Position numbers and translations under genes: made by a program. From NCBI RefSeq assembly GCF_009914755.1, contig NC_060931.1: DNA of 64,000 bases; one strand, written 5' to 3'. Every line of letters begins with the position of its first letter. Positions within the stretch are counted from its first letter, which is position 1. Source of the stretch: the human T2T-CHM13v2.0 reference genome, Homo sapiens. Positions 54,554-64,000 of this stretch are shown piece by piece. The notes under the pieces are model-generated. The model ran no database searches, was not told where the DNA came from, and saw only the letters and a program-made list of their open reading frames with translations.

Positions 54554-55101
54554 TGATTAAGAGCTCAGGCTCTGGAGTTAGAGCTGGGTTCAAATCCAGG
54601 CCCTGTCACATTCTGTGTGATGTTGGACAAGACTCGTATCATCCGTATACCTCTTGGAGTTCTAATTTGTAATATGGAGATAATAAGCATGACTGCTTGC
54701 AGTGTAATTGAAAAGAGTACGTAAGATCATACATAAACAACTCTTGGTACCAATCACTGGTACCCAGTACTTACTATTATTTTGCCAAAAGAGATGAATA
54801 GGCAGTTTGCAAAAGAAGAAATACAAATGACTAGTAGACATAAGCAAAAAGTTAATCTCCCTAGTAATCAGTTAGATACAAATGAATACAGCAATGGGAG
54901 GCCATTTTTTCCTAGGGAATTTGTGTTTTAAAATATATTCTAATTCTCAGTCATGATATATGTGGTGAGTTCTGGAATGAATATAAATTCAGACAATTTT
55001 TCCAGAAGGCAGCTTGGCAATTTTTATCTAGTGCTTTAAACATTTTCATAGCCTTTGACCAAGGCTTCAGCTATTGCTCTACTCCAGCAGGCGTTACTCA
55101 C

Positions 55102-55224
55102 ATTGTAGTTTGAACTGGGGCTCCTGGCAGCAACATTTATATAGAATATACTGTGTTTGGTGGCTCCTAGGGTTGTGCAGCTGGTGCCCATGCCACTGAC
55201 GTGTTCAACTTACAGCAATCAAGC
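55102..55224 (-). other. CPVL: Candidate non-coding exon of a long CPVL 5'UTR with an antisense-L1ME acceptor (123 nt)
   Basis: - strand acceptor cctttctgtttattttcttag|GCT and donor AAT|GTGAGT. Confidence 0.6.
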
Positions 55225-56893
55225 CTAAGAAAATAAACAGAAAGGCACATATAGATTTATGTGTAAGGAAGTTTGTCCAAGAGTAATTCAGAAAAAGCCA
55301 AAAACTGTGAAACAACCTAAATTTCAATCAATGGAGGAATAACAACATGAATTATTGTAGATTAATAGAAAGGAATTTTATATTGCCATTAAAAGTCACA
55401 TTAGGAATCTATAAGACATAGGAAATAATTGTACAAGTTCATTCCAAAAGGAAAGTAGCTTTATTATGGCCTCCAACTAGAAAAGTAAAATGTATTCATT
55501 TTAAAAATTACACAATCTAGAAAAACTAAATAAAGTAGACACTAATGATCTTAACATTCCAAAATAGACACTTTTTTATATAGGTCCTAACAAACTTTTT
55601 TTCCACATGAATGTTCATATTGCTATGTAATGTAAACTGCAAAAATCAGGCTGCTAAACTGCTAATTCCTAAGGGGGGGAAAAGTACCTAAGTATTTATT
55701 CATGGTGGAGGGAATATGGATGATTTCTTTTTTTGTTTTACTTATCTCTTTTTTGCCTCTAACATATCTACAGTAAGCATGGATTACTTTATAAGCAAAA
55801 CATCTTAAATAACATAAATGCTGTAAATGACTTTTTCTTACTTAAATTATAACTATTTCTTTCAGTGCTCTGAAAGATGGAATATTTTTTAAAAAGACAA
55901 TATTCCTTTTGCAAAATGAGAACTAACACTCATTAATCACTCTGCTGTCTTCCTCTTAATGAAAACCTGCAAATGCATATGCAAATGAACTGAACTTCTA
56001 TTATAAGATGGTGACAGGATGCTCTACAGAAGAGAAGGTAATGATAGAGTTTGAAAAATAGGAGCGCAGAGGAAGGTTAGCAGTGGTGGAATCTTTCTAT
56101 TCAATGCCTTAAAAGAGTTGTATTAATCTGATAGTGTTCCACCTACCAATAATGAAATAAGATCATAAGCAGCAGTAAAAAGCAAAAGCTCCTCATTGTG
56201 ATATGACACATAGAGTGTAGCAGAATAGGGCTATGGGGACCCAGATCAAAAAGAAAACGTAGAAAGTTGTAATATTCTTCAGACATTTTCATAAGTCCTG
56301 CCAGATCATCCTATTTAACTACTTGACAAGTTTAGTCTGTATTACCCACGTTAAGCCTCCTAGAGTATTTTTATCCAATATCACACATTTGGATCAAAAC
56401 TTTAAAATATCAATTCAACGTTCAAATACTTTGTCTACACAATTACGTACACTCATGTCTAAAAATACAAATTGAGTAAACCCAATGTCCCTCAAGATTG
56501 TTAGCATTCAGCAGACAAAGATTTAATGTCAAAAGAGGGTCTGAAGCATTAAGGTTCTTAAATATAACTGTCCCAAGGAGAATTGGAGGTAGGCTTATAG
56601 GAAATTAAATTCCTTGGACAGGGTAGATGAGAGTAGAGACAGCATCCTATTGTGTTAATCCCGTTTTTGCCCTTTTATGTGGAAAATCATGACAGCCTGC
56701 TGCCTTTAAATGGCTTGAGAATCCAGAACAAAGATAAACACTCAGCTGGATTCTACATTTTTGAAATTCTATTACAGGAAAGATTCTTGGGTTAAAGAAG
56801 GGATATATGAAAACAGCAGAGCACCATTGCTGCCCTCCAGAATCTTCCCATTATATGAGACAGGTACGAAGGCAACTGGAAAACATGGCAGAC

Positions 56894-57485
<592 letters not shown>

Positions 57486-57951
57486 CAGAATTTTTTAAGT
57501 GCTGAATTGGTGGCATTCTCTAGAGAAAGAGAACCAATAAGAGAGATATATAGAAGATATATGTATAGGATATATGATATATGTAGATTAGATATAGATT
57601 AATAGGAGATACATATGCAGTCAGCTCTCTATATTTGTAGATTCCACACCCATGCATTCAACCAACCAAAAATGTTAGAAAAAACAATAAAAATTACAAA
57701 CAACAATTAAAAATGATACAAATAAAAAACAATGGGGCATAACAACGAGTTACATAGCATTTACATAGTATAGGTATTGTAAGTAATCTAGACATGATTC
57801 AAAGTATACAGGAGGCTATGCATAGGTTATCTGCAAATACTACACTATTTTATATAAGACACTTGGGCATATGCAGATTTTGATATCTGAGTGGGGGTTC
57901 TGGATCCAATCTCCCATGGATACCAAAGGACTACTAACTGTACAGAAGATA

Positions 57952-57960
57952 CAGATAGAT

Positions 57961-58007
<47 letters not shown>
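57952..58007 (+). repeat. (GATA)n tetranucleotide STR, ~12 perfect units
   Basis: Directly visible. Confidence 0.95.
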
Positions 58008-58009
<2 letters not shown>

Positions 58010-58229
58010 AAGAGATATTTATAGAAGAAATATATATAGGAGATATACATATACAATCTATATATAAGATATATAGTGGATATATATGATATATATATTT
58101 AGGAATATTATATATGGTATATCTCATATCTCATACATCTATGTATCTCATATATATATTTATATGAGAAAATATATGACTGTATGAGATATACAGATAA
58201 GAGAGATTTAGTATATGCAATTGGCTCAC

Positions 58230-58357
58230 TGATTACGGAGTGAGTCCCAGATCTGCAGGATGACTTGGCATGTAAGAGACCCAGGAGAGCTGATGGTATA
58301 GTTCCTGTCAAGACAGCAGGCTGGAACCCCAGGAAGAGCCAATGTTTCCGTTTGGAT
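58230..58357 (-). other. CPVL: Candidate MLT2-derived non-coding exon of a long CPVL 5'UTR (128 nt)
   Basis: - strand acceptor gctgttttcctgccttcag|ATC and donor TCA|GTGAGC inside the LTR. Confidence 0.6.
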
Positions 58358-59321
58358 CTGAAGGCAGGAAAACAGCTGATGATCAGTCCAAAGGCCATCA
58401 CAAGAGTTTTCTCTTACTCTCAAGGGAGGGTCAGCCTTTCTGTTTTCTCCAGGCCTTCAACTGATGTGATGGGGCCCATCTACATACTGGGGGAAAATCT
58501 GTGTTACTCAGTGTTCTGATTTAAATTTAACTTCATTCAAAGACACACAGAAACACCCAGAAATAATGTTTGACCACATACCTGGGCACCCCACAGCCCA
58601 ATCAAGTTGACGCATAAAATTAAGCATCACACCTGAGTTAACCACTGTAAACATTGTGGTTGACTTAATTATTCACCCTTTCAATGCCAGCCCTGAGGAA
58701 TGGGAGTTTATGTGGATAAGGACAAAAATCTTTGGGTATAAAGAGTCAGCTAAAATACTTTCGCCTCTCTGTTGCTGCCACCATTGAGAGTAGATGTCTC
58801 TAAGTGCATTTGTCTGTGATACCCCCTCTTTCTGTCCAAGCTGAGGGTTTTATTTTCATATATTCAGAACACCTAAGAAGTTGTGAGATATTTTTTCTCC
58901 AAACCAATTTTTCTAGCTGTGGTGTGAAGTATTTCTCAGGCATAAACATCACCTTTCAACCCCATCTGAACTGAAAATCCCATTTCTAATCTTCTTTATG
59001 ATTGAGAAATGATAGAGTAGATTTGCTGGAAAACATCTGCCTCACTGACAGCTGGCTGTTCTTGTGGGAGTGACCCTAAGTGCCTATTGTTTATGCTTAT
59101 TCATTGAGAAGTGTCTTTTAAAGATCATAACATGGACCAAAATTTGAAGAAGAATTGCCCCACATTGACTGAGAAAATGTCATGCTAATGTTAGATTTTA
59201 TTCTATTTTCTCATATCATGATGTCTGTGGTTACACGCTCTTGATAAGAATTTGATTCCCTCTCTTTCCTTCATGACCAGAGACAATCCCGGCAAAAACA
59301 TGGAGCAACATTAGCTCTTAC

Positions 59322-59406
59322 CATTTCCAGTCAAGCTCTTCAACAATATAATCTGTTCTCTGAATCTCATTTCTCTTATCAAACCTTAGCAGCATATCAA
59401 AATCAC
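59322..59406 (-). other. CPVL: Candidate MER5-associated non-coding exon of a long CPVL 5'UTR (85 nt)
   Basis: - strand acceptor (T)11-aattcccag|GTG and donor ATG|GTAAGA. Confidence 0.6.
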
Positions 59407-59695
59407 CTGGGAATTAAAAAAAAAAAGGCTGATATTTGGTTTCTACCTTCTGCCACCCTCAGATTCTGATTTGTTTATTCTGGAGCGTGATCTCGGCATT
59501 GGGATTTCTAAAAGCCTTCTGAGTGATTCTCATATATACCCCGAGTTGCAAACCATCGCCCTAGGACCTTTATTATTCAAAATTATTCACATCACCTCCA
59601 AGCTTGTTGGAAATTCAGGGGCCTGCCCCTGGATGTGAATCTGCATTTTAGCAAGACCAATATGTAGATATATTAAAGGTTGCACAGCCCTGTCC
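59385..59695. mobile_element. MER5-family hAT elements
   Basis: aaatcacctggg...cagattctgatt and gaatctgcattttagcaag motifs. Confidence 0.7.
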
Positions 59696-60111
59696 TATGT
59701 GTTGGTCCCTCCTTGCAATTAAATTTAGCTTTTAGGGATAGGGAAACTCGCCCATGTGAAAATCGTTATTTAATTCCTTCAGTTCCCCAGAGGTGATCAA
59801 ATTATGGCAGATGCTCACTGTATTGTTTGAGTAAGTTTAAGAAGTAAAAGTTCTAACTATGGAACTCTGAGCAACTGGAAGTTGAACAGGATGGAGTTTT
59901 TGATTAGGGAATAATTTTGATCCCTTGAAATTCCTGCACTCAGGCAAATGACTTCTTAGTCTTCCTATACTGTGCCTGTCCTTGCCAGGGCCCTTGGGGT
60001 CAGGAGTACAAGTCCTATGAGTTCCCCAGAGCCTGGCCTGCCCCAAAGTTTATGTTTTAGGCAAAAAAAAAATGACAGTATCATCATAGGTTCAAATTGA
60101 AAAACATAAGT

Positions 60112-60470
60112 AGGCCATGCGTGTTGGCTCACGCCTGTACCAGCACTTTGGGAGGCCAGGGTGGATAGATTACCTGGGCCCAGGAGTCTGAGACAAGCCT
60201 GGACAACATTGCAAAACCCTGTCTCCACTAAAAATTTTAAAAAGCAGCCACGTGCCTGTAGTCCCAGCTGCTTGGGAGGCTGAGGAGGGAGGATGGATTA
60301 AGCCCAGGAGGTAGAGGCTGTAGCAGTGAGCTGTGATCGTGTCACTGTATTGCAGCCTGCGTGACAGAGATGAAAGGAAAGGAAAGGAAAGAAAGAAAGG
60401 GAGGAAGGAAGGAAGAGAGGCAGGAAGGGAGGGAGGGAGAGGGAGAGAAGGAAGGAAAAATAAAAATAAA
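60112..60470 (+). mobile_element. AluJ with a purine-rich (GGAA/GGGA) tail
   Basis: Diverged dimer 60112-60370, then a polypurine tract. Confidence 0.85.
60256..60356 (-). other. CPVL: Candidate Alu-derived non-coding exon of a long CPVL 5'UTR (101 nt, GC donor)
   Basis: - strand acceptor ttcctttcatctctgtcacgcag| and donor TACAG|GCACGT, in an antisense Alu right arm. Confidence 0.5.
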
Positions 60471-61135
60471 AACATGAGTATTCAAGCAAAGAACATGTAT
60501 TTTAAAGACTTCTCAACTGACTAAAGTCTCAAACAGGAAAATACTTACCATAACAGCAGGCTGAAATTTCAAGTAAAAACTAAAGGGTAATTTTTTTTTT
60601 AGTGTGTATTGGAATGAATCAGCCAAAGGTGGGTTCAAATTAATGCCTGTAACCTTGATAAATTACTTACCCTAATTTTTTGTTTTCTTAACCAAAAAGA
60701 GCAGGGATGATAATATCTACAGCTGGAGTTGTTGAGCATTTTAATTAAGATATTATATAAGTTTTCTAGCCTCAGTTTCCCCAAATGGAAAATGAGGATA
60801 ACAATTCTCACTTCAGGATTGTTATGGGTATATGACAATGTATACAAAGTGTTTAGCATGATCCTGGCACATAGGAAATGATTACTTAAGGAGAGTGACT
60901 TTTCTATATCACTAATGGCAGAAAGCATGGTGAGAGTGGTCATAATACCTGGAGCAGTAGTAGTGGTCATCAAATGTTGGTTTCCACTCCTTTATCTTAT
61001 AGGGGCCAAATTTGGCAGAGAGCTTAAGTAATCTGTCTATACTTTTATTGAAATCTACTTTGAAATTCCACCAGGTTTCTCACCCAATGGGACTGGGTGG
61101 GGAAATGTCCAGATGTAAGACATTATCATCTAGTG

Positions 61136-61193
61136 GTGTGTGTGTTTGTGTGTCTGTGTGTGTGTGTGTGTGTGACAAAGAGAGAGACAGAGA
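61136..61193 (+). repeat. (TG)n(GA)n microsatellite
   Basis: Directly visible. Confidence 0.9.
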
Positions 61194-61201
61194 GCACTTG
61201 A

Positions 61202-61564
<363 letters not shown>

Positions 61565-62629
61565 GATCCTGATGTATTGTCAACATCCACTCTCTCCCCA
61601 GGAATTAATACACAGTTAAAAACTACCTGCCGTGCAGAATATAATTGAGTGCTAATAACATTATTGTTGGGCATACATTCATTTACATAAATATGAGGTA
61701 TATTATTATCTCCATTTTACCTGATGAGGAGACTGTGAATGTGAAAGGTTATTTGTCCAAGATCACCAAAGTATCTGTAGCTAAATTAGGATTTGAACTC
61801 AGATTTATCTTCAAAGCCCAGGCCTGGCTCCTATGTCTTAATATACTCGCATAGAGGTGATGTAACAGGGGGGTGGTAGGGAGAGATGAAAATTACTTTT
61901 GCATCAGACTTTAATTCTCACAGATTACTCCAGAAAAGCAGATGTGAGCACGCTATACTTTGCTCTAAGGAACAGAGGCCACCTAGAGTTCCTAACTGGA
62001 CTTTTATGCTTTAGACACTATATTACATCTATCACTTCATTCCATCATCACAAAGTCTGTAAATAGGGATTATTAACCCATTTTAGAGACCAAGAATATA
62101 AGATTAAATAATTTGCTCAGGGTCACACAGCTAATAAATGACAAGCTAGGAGTGAAGCCCAGGTCTTTTTGACTCCATAAATACATATTAAACTTTCCTA
62201 GAATCATTTTCTCATGCTTTGTTTTACAGACAATCTGGAATATTTGTAAAAGGCCAAAATATGTTTTCTGTATCAGAAGATTGGCTCAGATATTGTGTCT
62301 GTTAGCTTTCCTTCAATGCCCATTTACTCTCCCTTTTTTATTTTTTTTTTAAAAAAAAGAGGATTTCTGTTTTGTTATTGAACGTATAGCTGCTACAGGG
62401 AAAGAAATGAAAATATTGATTCAGATTTTCTTGGGGAGTGAAGGCAGAGGACATTCAGAGTACAGGATCTGCTCGGTTCCCTGGGCTGACAAGCTAAAAC
62501 TGTGGATAAGAAAATGCCAGCTGTCTAGAAATAGTCTTTGAGGCTTGATTTTGGACGTTTTGTTAAAAACAACAACAACAACAAAACTGCTGAAAAGAAA
62601 GTCGTCACCGGCATGGATAATAGCTATAA

Positions 62630-63121
<492 letters not shown>

Positions 63122-63689
63122 TAGTCAACATGACTGAGTGAATTAATGAATGCTTGAATAAATGAACAGGTAGTAGAGAATGAATATATTGGATATCGTT
63201 ATGAAAGCAAATTTTCATAGAAAAAGAGCATAAAGCCATAGGAACCCCCGCAGAAGACACGAAAAACAAACTCACTCCCTGCTTTTGCCCAGAGCAGGCT
63301 TACAGCTGGCTTCACTTTAGTTTATCCTAGATTTCTCTTAGGACATTGAAGACAGAAAAGATGTTTGTAACCTGAAGTGTCAGGGAACAAAGCCAGAAGG
63401 TGCAACATGCAGAAGAAAACATATTCAATGAGTTTCTGAATGCTATCCTGTTTTTCTCTTCAAACAGAAAGAAAAACTCTCTCTCTCTCGGCCCCCCACC
63501 CCCTACACTCCCCTTCTCCCTCTCTGTCTTTCCAGTCAAAGAGACTGCAGCGGATGGCATGCCTTAAGTGCCTGCATGTGCCGATCTGATCCGCCCAAGC
63601 TAAGTGGCCAAATAGGATACTCCAGGCAATACCCCCAAGCCCCCCTGCAGCTCAGTGAGAAAGACGATGCAGGAATACCTGTGCCTGCG

Positions 63690-63915
63690 TCGTGTGCCGC
63701 CACTAGGGGTCCCCAGCAGCAGGCGATGTGAACTGGGAATTGGGTAGCAGAGGCGGCCTCCCTTTGTCTGCACCCCAGGTGTGGACTCCTCTTTGTTCAG
63801 AGGCAGGGCCGCTACCTGCGGCGTCTGAGCTGCCTGCTCATTAACCCATCCTGGGCCGTCTGTGCACCTCCTGAGGAAACAGCGGGTTTCTCAGCTCCTG
63901 CCCCTAGTGACGCCT
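63690..63915. promoter_or_regulatory. CTCF-like motif cluster in a GC-rich patch
   Basis: CCGCCACTAGGGGTCC on + at 63697-63712. GTCACTAGGGGCAG on - at ~63898-63911. Confidence 0.55.
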
Positions 63916-64000
63916 GCCTCAGAAGAGCCAATGCGTTCTCTTTCTCAGGACTAGGTGTCTTTGTATTTGAAATAAGGCTTAAACTACAGAGCGAAATATT

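Larger units (their letters stand above)
57510..58631 (-). mobile_element. MLT2 (ERVL) LTR interrupted by MER2 (57618-57941) and a (GATA)n/AT-rich expansion
   Basis: - strand starts tgtgatgcttaattttatgcgtcaacttg and ends ttggttctctttctctagagaa. MER2 TIR-like ends cag...ctgta. Confidence 0.8.

Noticed and set aside
60549-60560. Possible 12-nt - strand microexon (tttcag|CCTGCTGTTATG|GTAAGT)
   Set aside because: Good donor but no independent support; such matches arise by chance.

Overview
Human-type (primate), Alu-rich genomic DNA that I recognise from memory, without alignment, as the CPVL / CHN2 head-to-head locus on chr7p. A CpG island at ~19850-20550 holds a compact bidirectional promoter. 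The non-coding first exon of CPVL runs on the - strand (donor at 20243). On the + strand, two coding exons (20398-20559, 20662-20773) encode a 91-aa N-terminus that ends in phase 1, fitting the upstream-promoter CHN2 isoform (beta3-chimaerin). Positions 1-20242 are then CPVL intron 1, and 20774-64000 is a long CHN2 intron. Inside that intron, on the opposite strand, four candidate exons carry clear splice signals (60256-60356, 59322-59406, 58230-58357, 55102-55224). All are built in or on transposons (Alu, MER5, MLT2, L1ME), together they carry several uORFs, and they fit a long-5'UTR CPVL isoform starting beyond the right edge. Most of the rest is interspersed repeat: about 35 Alus including an almost perfect AluYa5, L1/HAL1/L2/MIR, THE1/MLT/ERV1 LTRs and DNA transposons, with several multi-layer nests. 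There is also a local ~170-bp direct duplication bracketing an unexplained 1.3-kb segment, and a CTCF-like motif cluster at the right end. No rRNA, tRNA or CRISPR. Repeat subfamily names are by eye; boundaries without TSDs are approximate.
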